Shown here piece by piece: positions 13,215-26,588 of a stretch of 64,000 bases of DNA. Numbering within the stretch: position 1 is the stretch's first letter; every line of letters starts with the position of its first letter. The position numbers were made by a program, and so were the translations under genes. The notes under the pieces were generated by a model, which was given only the letters and a program-made list of their open reading frames with translations, did no database searches and was not told where the DNA came from. Origin of the DNA: Phoronis australis (lineage: Eukaryota > Animalia > Phoronida); NCBI GenBank assembly GCA_002633005.1, contig NMRA01000991.1, positions 1 to 64,000 on the forward strand. Reading direction: 5' to 3'.

Positions 13215-14203
13215 CAGTGGCGGATCTAGGATATCACAAGGGGGGCAACATTTTGACTGTGAACATTTGTTCAAAGCACGATTGTAGATGCGCATAGCAC
13301 CGAATGAAGGGAGGTCGATCAGGAAATTTTTCTGGTTCTTCCTCTAAAAATCAAGCATTTTCCTTGATTCCCGAAGTATTATCCAAGAAAAAAGGCAAAA
13401 AATAAACAAAAAGCGAAAAAGATGTCAGCCAGGAAAAACTCTAAGTACCACAGACTCGAACTCACGACCTAGTGGACATTGCGCGCTTGCTTTACCACTG
13501 CACCACCACGATTTAACTCCTTTGATATTAAGAGACCTACTTGTTTATGGCCCACTGCGTTTGTGCGCAAAACTTCCTTCTTTTTGTTATGCTTATTACA
13601 TGTTTTATATGTTGTAAAATCAGTTCGTAACAAATTTGTTGTATTTAAAATAGTCTTCAAATGCCCAAAAGACCAAATCCATTTTTCGTGTTGGCAATAA
13701 TGACGGGATTGCTTTGGAAACCGTCTTAAGATAAGGTTTGACAAAGAGAGTATTGCGAGTTTCTGAGTGATTCACTAAGGCTTCGATTAAAATTGACATC
13801 TTACCAGCAGCTTCTGTTTTTTCACCATCACTCAGACTCCATTTTCTTTAAAAAATGAAGTAATTTTCTTCATTGCACATAGGAGTAGACGACTGAAACG
13901 GAGTCGTAGTGTCCAGTGCCACTACTGAGTGAGCCTATACTTAGCTATAGTTCCGTTATGATTGCGCCGTGTTCCGAATTTGACACTTGAAATTTGATCT
14001 GAGCCCCCNNNNNNNNNNNNNNNNNNNNNNNNCACCTCCCCAAACACTAAAACTGCACACATTTAAATCTTGTTTCATCCGTATAATTTTAATTACCACG
14101 GTTAATTAATAAACTCAACATTTCTCCACGCTCTTGCTGTTTTGTTTTTTTTTTGTGGCAGCCAAGGGGGGGGCTTCCTCTGCCTCCCCTAAATCCGCCT
14201 ATG
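13215..14203. mobile_element. hAT-like MITE spanning an N gap, with a tRNA-derived fragment inside
   Basis: Ends CAGTGGCGGATCTAGG and CCTAAATCCGCCTATG are inverted repeats. No clean TSD. Confidence 0.55.
13453..13507 (-). mobile_element. tRNA-derived SINE-head-like fragment (Pol III A and B boxes)
   Basis: Minus strand GGTGGTGCAGTGGTAAAGC...GGTCGTGAGTTCGAGTC; no complete acceptor stem. Confidence 0.55.
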
Positions 14204-14324
14204 AAGCAACACTAATCAAAAATAGCCAAAGAAGTAAGATCGACATGAAGGGCCGGCCGCGACAACAAAATGAACCACGACATTAGAGTTACGCTTGATA
14301 ACGCCAAAGAAACGGTACCCTTAC

Positions 14325-14429
14325 CATTTCAAAGACATAAATTCCGGCGATAATGACGTCGAAGCTGGATACGACGTATCCTTGTGCAGTTGCCCACGCC
14401 ACTTCCAATAAGATTTCAGAGGTACACGT
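14325..14429 (-). CDS. Gene B exon, CUB-like region (RVPLKSYWKWRGQLHKDTSYPASTSLSPEFMSLK), phase 2-2
   Basis: Acceptor ctaattatag, donor gtaagg, 105 nt, open in the frame that matches both neighbours. Confidence 0.6.
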
Positions 14430-15999
14430 CTATAATTAGTGCGGTCGAAGTCGGCAATTTTGTTGTTGGATGGGTCATTTTCAATGTCCAAAGTCCATTT
14501 TCAAAAATCTTTATTAGTTAAACTCCACATTCTTAAACCCCAAAAAGTAAATTAACAGATTCTCAAATAAACGTTCTAAAGGTACAATAAATGAGTCTGA
14601 CCTATCTGCCCACTAAAGTGTGAAGTTACACCTTTGAATGAAGGTCCAGGTTCAGGAATCCAAGCCTCGTGATACCGCGGCACCAACAAGCAGGCATTGT
14701 TCAGCCCTTTGCGCATATTGGATTCACCAACAGGGAGGGGGGGTACATTAAATGCTTTTATAAAAAAGAAAGGTCAAATTTTCACTTTCCGGACGAAGAA
14801 ATTTTAACTTCGTCCTTAAACATAACAATGTTGTTAAATATCAAATTTAGAGCAAAATAAATACAAGTAAAATTTCTTTATAGGCCATCCTCGTCTTAAA
14901 ATATTGGACTAAACTGCATTCAAGTGTCACATTTCCCCGACGTGCGCAAAAGCGTTATGTGATTGTATCTAAAAACAATTTTTGAAATATTGGCTGGTGA
15001 CGTCATTCTGCCGCGTGTCGGTGTTTTTGCCGTGCTAAAAATCAACGTTTAAAAATTTTGAACGCGCGTGAAAATTTAAACTTTCAAACAAAACTCACAT
15101 TAACAGGTCCAGAAACACTCAGTATACTATCTCCAATTTTTTTCATGGACTGCATCTGCATTTTCATACTCCACGGGACCTTTAATTCGACCTTGAGTTC
15201 AAAATTCACCAACCACCCAAAATGGACGACATACCGGCAAGTGACCGAGTTTGCCCACATACGTGTACGTAGGATAGTCCTTACCAAGGCCCGGTGTGAA
15301 GGTTATTTGTGTGCAAAAATATGGTCAATTTTATGGAATCTTGACGAAGAATTTTTGTTTTTTATTAAAAGTCCTATTTTTGTAAATTTTAAAATTTAAT
15401 TGGAAATTTCTACATCAAAAAAAAGAAAATAAAAATTTTTCGTCCGGNCCCCCCCCCCCCCTCTAAATAATGCACCAATCGCAATACAAATGTAACCAGA
15501 GTTGAGTGCGCAAAAGATACAAAGTTTGATGATAGCTGTGGATTTTACCACTTCCACGTGGTTTGCCATGGCAGCCAAGTAAACAAATTATGCAGTGTTT
15601 TTGGATCACTTCATATCTTTTTTAGGACCATTTTGCCCAGTGAAAGTCAGTTTCATTTCAAGCAGAGTAAAGAAGTGAATTTTCATGAATTTTAACAAGT
15701 TACTGGAGTATTTTAAACGACTAACTGTATGATTTATATGCTTGTGTCAGTGCCTTCAACTGGTTGATTTTCTATTTCAGTACAGATCACTTGAAGGGGT
15801 GCTTTCTTCAGTGGTACATCTTCCCCTGTACTGCCAAAATGAAGTCGCATTGTAAGGAATTGTTGTTCCAAGCTGAGGACTGATTTCACTATTTCTGATT
15901 CAGTTATGAGATGACTAAAAGATTGGAAAAATAAATGAGAAGCATGTTTTGTACTGATGAGAAAAATGTTTCGTTGATGATAACGTATCTTATGTAAAA

Positions 16000-16800
16000 G
16001 AGGTCTACACATCTATCTCAGTCAAAAACAATCACATTCCATGTAACTCTGTTGTGGCTAACTACTTTTTCGATGTTCCACCCATGCAGTGGCAACAGTC
16101 TATAGCTGTTACATATGTACATGTACGCCACTGATATAATCAGTCATTAACTTCCCAAACATGACACAGATTTGTTTTCATATTCATTGAGCAGATCATC
16201 CAAGGTACTGGTAAGAACAGATACTAGGCAAAAACCCTCAATTTTGATAAGATTGGTCAACCCTCCAAAATTTTGCTTCTTTCATAAAAAAGATAATTAT
16301 TCCCTAGCGTACTTTCTTTCAATTCCATTTCTTGACATAGCTCAAAGATGATACGTCTAATACAAAATATTATCATTTTTATTTAAGCGGTGAGTACGAA
16401 GGAAGTGACTTGTCAATTTTCTAGAGTGAAAGACTTTCAAGGTAGTTGAGGGTTTTATCTACCGTACATCAGTCAAAACTGAAATAATATCAGTACAGTT
16501 ACCATAATGTGTAAGCGAAAATGATCCAATCTTTTACCATTAGTAACCTTGAATGCACAGTACTTTAGATCATTAAGCATTATAAAAAGTATCCAACTGC
16601 ACAAAATTTTCTTGACTAAATTTGCATACACATAACTACAGTGTTTTACCATGGCGACTGACTAGTATTCCCTTACACCAGTATTCCACAACCATGATTT
16701 AAAAAATAGGAAGTTGCACAAGGATTGGAGGCTTGAAGATTCACAATCCAACGTAGCCTTTCTCTTTTATTAAGATCAAGCCCTCTTGGAAAGCAGTGCT
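16000..16800 (-). mobile_element. Highly degenerate DDE transposase relic (possibly Transib/Chapaev-like)
   Basis: Frameshifted fragments such as LRWIVNLQASNPC, LDHFRLHIM and VHIC loosely resemble GLQ..C / LH..LG / KVH motifs. Confidence 0.3.
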
Positions 16801-17892
16801 ATCACTGAAGAGGCCACCTTCAATTTAAATGTCACAATTAAATATTTAAGAGGCAGTCCGTATAAAAACCAGTAGATTTTCAAAAATCAGTCTATACGTC
16901 AAAATTTAAAACAACTTCATTTTTTGTACATGGGTAGGTATCCTAACAACAACCCAAATGCCAAATTTTGTGCACTCAATGACCCCTAATTTCGCCGCTG
17001 GAGCATGATAACACATATTGGCACAATTGGGCATATTAGCCGTCTCAAAAATCGCACGTTTTCAGCAACAAAAATTAGTATGTTACAAAATAGATCAAAA
17101 GCTATATTTTGGTGGCTGAAATAACCACCGTATTCTGTGCATAATTCCGTGCCATTTATTAAAATCTGACACTTTTGTGCAAGACAGGGGAGATAATCCA
17201 CAGACCACTTTTTGGAGCTAATTTTAGTTGCCATTTTTGTGACTTTCTTACTGCCATAAAACACCTTGTAGCCTTATGTGACGTTTTGAACATACGGTTA
17301 AAGAGTTAGTCTTGATGACTGAGCAATAAAAAATCTTGCCTCAACTTTGCACTTCAGTGAAAATAGTCTTGCAAAACTGTCTATTTTCATAGTTTGGAAA
17401 TGGCGAGCAGAGTTTACAGACCATTCGAACAAACTTTTAGGCAAGAAGTCTGCTTTAAATATTTATAGAAACCAAGTCTAAACTCTTTCAAATGAAAACG
17501 AGATGTTTTCCGGGTTTATTATGCGACTAGTATCAAAATTGAACCCGATGACCTTTGCCCACTGAGGGAGTCAGTTGAGGTTAAGCTTGAGGATATATAA
17601 AAAATGTACGTGTAACCCTATTGTATTCTTCCATTTGTTTTACATTATCAGGTTAATTTAAACACTCTGTAGAACATGAGTGCCTTTAAGATTAAACGAG
17701 TAAGAATTGATATTTGTAATGACTGGTTTTGAGAGAAGCAAGTGTATTTTAAAAAGACAAAATGGCGGACGATGTCGATGGGTCTTCATGTTCCTTTACA
17801 GTTTAGTCTGAAAAAAATCCGATCACAAAAGCTTTGTGCTTTAGTGAGTTATGTCAAAGACACCACTGAACATTTGAGATACAGGAAACTAC

Positions 17893-17955
17893 CTCACAAA
17901 GCAAGGCCTGTGCCAGAGTACGAACTCGTTCTTCCCAGAGTCGGTGAATTTCTGA
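17893..17955 (-). CDS. Candidate gene B exon (QKFTDSGKNEFVLWHRPCFV), phase 2-2
   Basis: Acceptor cctgttcag, donor AG|gtagtt, 63 nt; links 20126 and 14429 in frame. Lies between two MITE-like arms and near an N, hence lower confidence. Confidence 0.5.
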
Positions 17956-20125
17956 CTGAACAGGACCAGTCATGGAAGAGTGAGGTAATGCTGGATGTTA
18001 CCACTCTGCNGTTCAGTAACACTAGAACCTCTCTACAATTTATCCAAAACCACGTGTTCTCATTTAGAATGCAGAGCAATATCTCGCGAAGTTTCGAATT
18101 ATAGCAAGGTCCTCGGGTTACTGCTCTTATTCTAGATGCGTCTTCAGTCTCCACGTAAACAAAAGCAGCGCCATCTATCATTTAGAAGCACGCATGCCGG
18201 TTGATTTACGTACATATTTTTTGTAATAAGCAATAATCATCAATGCCGTTTTCAGAGAATGGTAATTAATAATGCTGTCTGCCTTTTCTCCAAAATACAA
18301 GGTTTTTATGTAGTGTTTCGCAAGCTAATTGTATTTTCCAAGAGCCCCCTATTGGCAGCAGCGGCAATTGAGAACATGCAAAAGGACGAAGTGCAGTTCG
18401 TGTAATGCTTCGTACGCAAAAACTACATCAGAGGCAAGATTTTTTATTTTAGATTATGAACAGGTTAGGAATGACTGAACAAATTATTATAAAGTCAATT
18501 TCAGGAAAGGTGCGTTATGGCTGCTACAGAGTGCCAAATTTGGCCGAAAATGGCTTCATTGAAAACCAGAAAAATAGTCATATTTGACTCACAAATTCAA
18601 AACGTATAAATTTAAAAATGGATTTTGAAAGTTATGCCATTAAATTATTCAGGCATTGCCCTTTCAATTCGTATTATTCATTTGTTTTTACCTTACCACA
18701 CATGCTAGTAAAATGCATTCAAACATGCGTACTTCAACGCCCAATTTTGTTGCAGAATGGAGGTACAGGTCATAAAAAGAAAAGTAATGAATGAAAATTC
18801 TTAAAAAGTGAGGTTTTTCTACATCTCAACAAACCAAACTTATGTGCCAAGTTTCAAAAAAATCGGTGATTTTGGGTATAGACTCTACCTGTTGGTTTTT
18901 ATATGGAGTCACACTTAAATGTTGCGTTCTATTGATAACCTGAATAAAGAAAGCCCCAAGTTACAAAACACGACTTCAAAGCACAAATTTACCACAATAT
19001 TTAGAGAAATGTGAATCATTTTGTGGTACCTTATCAAGCCTTCAGGAGAAGTTGGCTGTCAAACAAAAAAAAAACATTTCAAAAAATATTTCAACTTTTT
19101 TAGCCGAGTTTAAGATCACTTGAATGGGAAGTTCACAGTAAAATAATTAGAATATTCCTAATATGTTTGCACAAGAACGTGAAAATTGAACAGAGTTCCT
19201 TTTTGTAGCAGCGTTTGTCAAAATGTATCTTCACAAATTACAAAGTAGCCGGTTGAACATGCCTTTCAGTTCAGCAAAAGTCGCCATGTTGTCGGTGCCG
19301 CCGGAAATGAGGCTGTCCAACGGGAATTCTCAGCACATTTAGCACTCAATAAAAAAGAACTGCGATAATGAAATTTGGTGAAAACTAGTGAATCGCGCAG
19401 AATAGTAAGTAAATATATGTCTCCCTAATTTTTACCGTAAATTATCGGCAAAAATAATTTATACTAAGTTTTAAACTCGTAACTTATTCCGCTGTCGTCC
19501 AAGATGGCCGAACCGATCCAAACAAGTGACCCACATTTCGCCACAAAAATTGCAATAACTTTGCCATACTTGGCTCGATTTTGATAGGATGCATTATCTT
19601 TCCGATGAGGGTAGAGAATTTTTTCAAAACGAAAAAAAAATTTGGTTCGACCGCCCTACTATAATATGCAGACAAATTCACGTCTAAGAAGAGCAGAACC
19701 AGTACTGACACCTAACGGAATGACTCCTGCGACAATACGAACAAAGATGTTACGTCACTCACACAAATAATAACACAAATGATGCACATAACACCACCTC
19801 TGACCATTGGGTCGACGACTGCTTACAGAATAGGTGAAACACTGGCCTCTGCATGTCAATCTTAATACTACACACAAGATGGAAATTTGAACGTATTACG
19901 GGCAATTATGACGATGACAATGAAGATTGATGACGGTGAGTAATGATGGGAAACCATTAACGTGCCAAAGAAGATTCAAAATTGTCATTTTTTTTCCTTT
20001 TAACTACATGTATCAAACTTTAAAGCTTCAAAACGCTCACGCCAAGCAGTGACTGGCAATCTCGAATTAGTGTAGAATGCTATTCCTTGCAGGAAATGGA
20101 TGACAAAATATAAATGTCCACTCAC

Positions 20126-20210
20126 ATATTTAAATTATCTGTACCAAATGTCAGCGACAGCGGGACTATGGCTTGGCAAACCAGAATTTTGCAAAATAGC
20201 TTCCAGTGTG
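20126..20210 (-). CDS. Gene B exon, start of CUB-like region (HWKLFCKILVCQAIVPLSLTFGTDNLN), phase 1-2
   Basis: Acceptor aaatccag, donor gtgagt; phase-compatible with the WSC exon ending at 20379. Confidence 0.6.
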
Positions 20211-20378
20211 CTGGATTTCAATCAACACAAATCGCGCACTGTGTAATGTTGCCGGGATAAATTAATGTAATTTGTTTCCACCAGATAAACAAGTAATGAC
20301 AAAGCAACGCACGTTACGAAAATCAATTCCTTCAAGTAATAAAAGCGTTCTCGTGGAGTGATCCTTGGCAAACCGTAC

Positions 20379-20690
20379 CAGGATAAATTACATCCATTAA
20401 GAATGTTCCTGTGCCGTGTTCACCGCAACTTTGGTGTGGACGTCCAGGACATGTGACGTCACAACCAGACCGATGATAACCAGGCTGCCATTGCCCAGGC
20501 CAATAGCATGAGCAAGTCCCTCCGTCACTTAATCCCGCTTTGTGCTGGAAATTAAGACATCGAGGTTTTGCCTATAATCAAGTCTGTACAATTAGCCACA
20601 CATTCAGAACGTGGAGATTTTCACTGGTGTCTATCTAAAATGTAGGTTTTTTGTGTTCTATCACGAGGCAAATTTGTTTTGAACTTCTTC
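20379..20690 (-). pseudogene. Damaged WSC-domain exon of gene B
   Basis: AGLSDGGTCSCYW...GCDVTCPGRPHQSCGEHG (20379-20571) is clear WSC. The N-terminal RSECVANCTDL is in another frame (about 25 extra nt, 20554-20578) and is preceded by in-frame TGA (20621-20623). Donor G|gtacgg. Confidence 0.75.
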
Positions 20691-20691
20691 A

Positions 20692-22370
20692 AGGCGAAGG
20701 CAACCTTTTTTCCATGTCATTTTGACCTAAAATAAGGTTGGTTGGTTATCCTAGACATATTTTCCTCTTAATTACGGTTTTTCGTAATTTTATAAATTAC
20801 TCGTCCGCTACTCCTGAAGTGACGTTTTAGGAGGCAAGCGTTTCCCGCCACTTGGTTTTGCGTTGACTTTACCGAGCGAATCTGTTCTATCTTACTTTTG
20901 TTTTGTGCTGTTTTTCAACAATTGTCGCCATCACTTTCCATCGGCGAGTATTCTGCGGCGAGATAGGTAAGTAGAGATTTAGGGATTGTTTAGTGTGTTT
21001 TAAGCTGAAAATCGCTGGAGTCGGTGACCCGTATCAGAGTAACAGTAGTGTGAGTGACGGAGACCTTGTTCACAGCAGTGGTGACGAGGATTTTTTTCAC
21101 GGACATTCAGTGGGTGGGTACATGTTTGAGCCCGAGTATAACAGGGCAGAGTACGCACAGGCACAGGCAGCTATTGAGAGAAACGAGGCGGTTACTGAGG
21201 ACAGACGTGGTGACACATCTTGGTGCAACAGCACTGTCTCAATGCCTACCTCAATGGAATGCTTGTGCTGTTCAGAGTTCGACGAGGTCAAGCCACTACT
21301 GGACATGATTAAGTGGACTTCCGGCATACCACGGAAAGAGGAACAACTGTCCCACTTGCCAGAGTGTCCCGCGACACACTCCCACTGGATGGTGACCGGA
21401 GCACCCAAACATCTTACACCGTGTCGTGTGACTCCCTCGCCACACACCTGGCCCCTTCTAAATAGCGCCAACACTTTAGACAAGTCCACAATAAACTTAT
21501 CAAAGTTTAGCTCACCGATCTGTTCACTGGACGACGAACTGTCCTCTTCACTGGGTGTCGAACTGAGCCTGTTATCACTCCAACTACTCAATATCGCTTC
21601 AGGGCTGCTTAGAGGCTCTGGAGTGGAGAAAACAGCACAGGGCGAATCACTACTGGTTCCAGGAAGTGCACTCTTTGGGGTACGTTTGGAGGCACGGGTG
21701 ACAGTAGATGAAGTGCCTCCACTGGCTCCAGTCACTGTACTGGCCACAGCTCGCGAGGCTTCTCGCTTCAAAAACGCACTTCTCGGGGGTGGCGACGGGG
21801 CACTGCCGGGAATCAACACAGACGGAATAGCGTCCTTCTTCAGACGTTGTTTCGCAGGAACCTTCATCAGTTCAGCGTACAAATCCCTTTAGTAATCGGA
21901 CGGCAGATAGTGCTTGCCACACACACGGTAATTCTCCACTGCTTTGTACGTTGCGTGGACGGGTAACGCTGCGTTCTTCACACGACCGAACCAAGTACGG
22001 CGAAGTGTGTCATCCATCGGAAAGCGATGCAAAGGTACTCCCAAAGCGCGCGTGAGCCGATAGTTAGTACATCCCAGTACGCAGCAACAGTGTGGCGTGT
22101 TGACTGATTAGTAAATGAAAGCTAACGACAACGGAACTTAACACAACCGAGGTAGAACAATGACTGACTCGGCAGCTCTCACAGTCAGACTACATGTATA
22201 TGAAAAGAAATTGGCGCGAAATGCTTGCCTCCTAAAACGTCATTTCCGGATCAGCGGACGAGTAATTAATAAAATTACGAAAAGATGTAAATTAAGTGGA
22301 AAATATGTCTAGCATAACCAACCAACCTTATTTTATCTCAAAATGACATGGAAAAAGGTTGCCTTCGCCT
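20692..22370 (-). mobile_element. Kolobok-type deletion derivative, copy 2 (1679 bp), inverted relative to copy 1
   Basis: Same TIRs; flanks TTCA / TTAA; THAP region on - (ACG start, TAA at ~21890) and KolX-like GYMFEPEY...WC...MPTSMECLCCSEF on +; same internal junction as copy 1. Confidence 0.88.
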
Positions 22371-25300
22371 TTAAAGATGAAATGTGTCTTAAATGTAAAT
22401 CAACGGGGTAGTATTAACCCCATCAAACGTTGCGTGATATAATTATTCAAAATGAAATCTCAAATATCTATATTTAATTATTCCTCATGTATGTTTTATT
22501 CAACACTGTTTCACAAAAGACACCGAGATCAAGTATGTAGGTATCACTGGGTGCTGAACATGGAATTATATTCTAAAAAGAGTTCTATGGGTATTGACAC
22601 AGGGGCACATTGATTTTCTGTCGCTGTCAGTCTTCGACTATTATATTAATTTAAGTTTCAAGGTTGTGATAAAAAGAAATTAAGTCAGTTATAGGTTCAA
22701 AATTCTAAAATAGGAAGGTTCAATCATGCTGGCTACAAACGGGTGTGAGCACAGCAGATATCGGGATTTTTCTATCGAGGTGAAAAGCCGCGTTCACTAA
22801 CACGACGCAATTTTGATTCAGGTTTTGGTAGTATTAAGATCGCTATAATAAAGTGGTGCACCAGAATCAAATTCTCCCAATAAACACTAGAAGTCGATGT
22901 AAAACGACGAAGGGAGAGGGGCTGAGTGTTTTCTTCTACTCTACGGTTGTAGTTAACCGTGTTTGCACTTCGACAGACGTTATTCCACTATGTCTAAAAT
23001 GAATTGTAAAATTTGCAATGAGAAGCCAGCTGTTACCAATGAACACCAACTCTGATCCCAAATCCCCAAACTTAAGACGCCTGTTTTCAAAATCTAGGCA
23101 ACGTGGGAAGTGTCCATCGTATGTAAATCCAACCATCTGGTGGTTGGAAAATGTGCGTAATGGATATTCTGCCTTGATAATTGCGTAGGAAAAAAATTGA
23201 AACCATGGAGCATTTCAAAATTAAATTTCAAATTCTTTGTATTGTACAGGTTATAGCGTAACACCAAGGTTATAATTTCCAGGCAATATAGGCAGCTAAT
23301 GCTCCCTAATACCTCTCTTACAGAAATCAGGGCCCCTCTATATTAGATTAAGGTTACATTCCAGAATCCGGCTCAATACAAACGCTGATATCTAGAGACG
23401 ATGATGTGTTCCTAGGACACATGAAAGCCGTGTTCAGACTTTCGTAATGAAGGGTGGATTTCTACATCAGTGTAGAGTAGACCTTTTAACCGCGGCTCTT
23501 TTTTCTGTCAGTGTTGAACGGAACTTTCTAATATTAATATATGGGCCCCACTCTCAGTTGTATAGGATTTTGCAAGGACCACCAACACTTTTCCAACATT
23601 TATAGTGCATCAACTAAGTTAGTAAGGTTATCTAGGACCTTTATAAACGACCACATCTTTACATCGATTATAGAAAAAGTATACGCATTTTCAACAATTA
23701 ATAGTATACATTTTCTGAAAGGAGAAAGATCGCGAAATCTAAAAATGTGGTTCTTACTACTGTGTCTTTATCATTGTGACCTGACCAGGTTTTAAGCTAA
23801 ATTACTTAATATTTTCATACAAAGTATATCCACAGCCGATTTTACTAAAGCTTTTTTCATGAAAATTTCAACTCATGTCTCAAAAACGCTGATAGATTTT
23901 TAATGTTTCTTTTAGATTTGGTTTTATGCTAAATAAACCCTCAAAGCTTAAGGCATCTTTGTAAAAAACAGGGATCTTGTTCGGAAATCGATCAGTACGG
24001 GAAAACTAAGCATTTTAAAGCAAAACGGTTCACATTTACAAGTAAACACAGCCTTTTCTATGAATCATTTAGAGTAGCGGTTAGTAATAAGTTGTGAGAT
24101 AACCTTACACGTCGGTTAAGCACCGGTATTTCGATTTAACCGAAAATCTGGAACGTGTCGTTGGACACCTATGATACAGCAAATTTTGCTAAAGGTGCAT
24201 TTTAGTCTGAAGTAATCGCTACCTAAAGCACAATTTTGCACCAGATATATTAACTACGATCTAGACACGAAATTCGTTAAATGGTTCTCGCCTTTACATC
24301 TGACCGTGACATCAGTTGGTCTTGTGCAAGACAGTTGGTGCTAAGAAATTATTTGGTCGTAGACAACGACTGAAACACCTTAAACCGCTTGTGAAACCAA
24401 AAACCGTCAATATTTCACTGCTAAATTTGTCTGAAACCTATGTCGTTCCGTGGTTTCTGACTCCTTAGTCATGGGAAGTCTGTGAATTCAGTTTTAACTT
24501 TAATGTGCCAGTGTAACAAAGGTACTCACCGAAGTTTTAAATGCTCCACACCACATTCTGCATAGTGCATGGTCTGGGAGGGTAGTAGAGATGAGTGCTC
24601 TCACCTTGGAGGAGTAGCAGCCAGGCTCCAGCTTACCGTTGGAAGAACCTCCAGCATACGCTCAATATACCATAAGAATGTGTGTTAAGGAATGTTTATA
24701 CTACCGGAAAACAAATTGCCGTTTTCCTAATTTTGAGGAATTTTAATTTCCGACAAACTGTAATTACTTGCACAGAGTTATCATACTTTTTCCGTTCGAT
24801 ATAAAACGAGGGTGAAAAACCAATGAAGATACATCAAAATTTCATAGCTGAGTTTTCAGAAACTTCACACGGAAGAGGGTTTTCTTGTGAATCCTGTTGT
24901 AAAACATGTAATCAAAATTGTGGAATAACCGCGTTGTATTTCATTTGCACAAGTTGCAATCAATTAACCATATTTAACCAATTGAGTAAATATTCTCAGT
25001 TATCCTAGTTACTATCAAGGAAGTGGCGCGGTACTTTTCAGTTTCCAGCAGATGTACAGTTACAGTGGTATACTCACGTTTTAGAACCATTAACAATACT
25101 GCCAGCTTCAGACAAAGTTTAGGGTAGCATGTCACCACCTTTGCTGTCTTTATCTCTATCACAGTGTTCATTTTGTGACCACAGTGTTCTTCATCAGAGA
25201 GTGTATTATTGTTCCCTTAAGATGACTTAACTGCAAGCCGTTGCTGTTTTGGCCTAAAATTATTAAACGAAGACTAAATTTTATAGAGAGGGATATCTTG

Positions 25301-26137
25301 TTTCATAAGACTGTCGCGAAGCTCCTTAGGGATAAGCCATGCAAATCCATTCGGCCAAGAGACTGTAAAGGAACATGAAAGGTGGTGAGATGGGTAAACC
25401 CCAGTCACCAACGAGCTTTTGAGTCTGGCCCGGTCTCAAAGGTGAATGTAACGCAGGTTATGATAGGTCACAGCAACCTGATGAAAGGTGAAACACAACA
25501 GGTCGGCGTAACAGAATCTTGGTGATTAATATGCTGAATAGAACATGAAACATGTGGACCAGTGTATTCCATACATTAGGTAATGAATTCTTGCAGACTG
25601 TCAAATAAAGAGACAGATGCAAACTTTCTTTTTCAAATCGTGTAAAAATATATTGCTTTATGACTGGATGACCATCAAAGGCCGTTAATAGTGGACCACC
25701 GATTAACAATAAGCTCAGTAAATGGATATTAACAATTATGAAGAGCAAAATAGATAACAACAGAAAAAGTACGCGTACAGTGACATAAAATGCAATGCAA
25801 GTTCATATAAAAACGTAAATTTGTCCACAGATCATTGATACAAGGTAAACCGAACGGTCAGAAAAGCATGTGTTTCAGGTGTAATCACAGTTTCCTCATT
25901 TAGAACATGCATAATAACATAAAACCTTGCACTGAGAGCTGTAAACGAGAAGTTTAAATTTTAAATAGATGGAGAATACACGTAAACAATGAGTGTCAAT
26001 TCTTTTTATTATATACCTCGGAAAGATGCATTCTTTATTAAATTTGATATTTTAAATATTCACAAGTTATCCTGTTGTAAGTTGGTAGATTTAAGATGGG
26101 TTATTGGCTGTATATTCTAGAAAAATATCTTGGAGAC

Positions 26138-26509
26138 GGATTGATCTAAATCCCCCTCCACCCACGGCATCCTCGACTTGGCCTACAAAAGTTCAACGAG
26201 ATCTGAATATAGAACAAGAGCAGACTTGTATGACCAACGAGTCTGACTGTGAGCTCGTATGGCTTTCCCCTGCTGTTTTTTTGAAATCATGACAGTTAAT
26301 CCCGCAAGTTTGAAAGCCAAAAACAGAAAGAAACAACGTGACCAAATCAAACCAAATTATAGTCCTACCAAAGTTACAAATGTCATTCCCGGCAAAGTGT
26401 TATCATCTCTTTTGCTCTTCAATTCAAATCGTTGGTATATTGCGTGGAACGACAAATATGTAACTGCTTCACAAAATACTGCTTGAAAAACAAGATCTTA
26501 ATTAAAAGT

Positions 26510-26588
<79 letters not shown>

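Noticed and set aside
13453-13507. tRNA gene
   Set aside because: Only the A/B-box arms are present, with no acceptor stem; treated as SINE-derived.
22936-23136. 66-aa minus-strand ORF as an additional gene B exon
   Set aside because: An acceptor exists, but the donor and phase could not be tied to neighbours and there is no clear motif.
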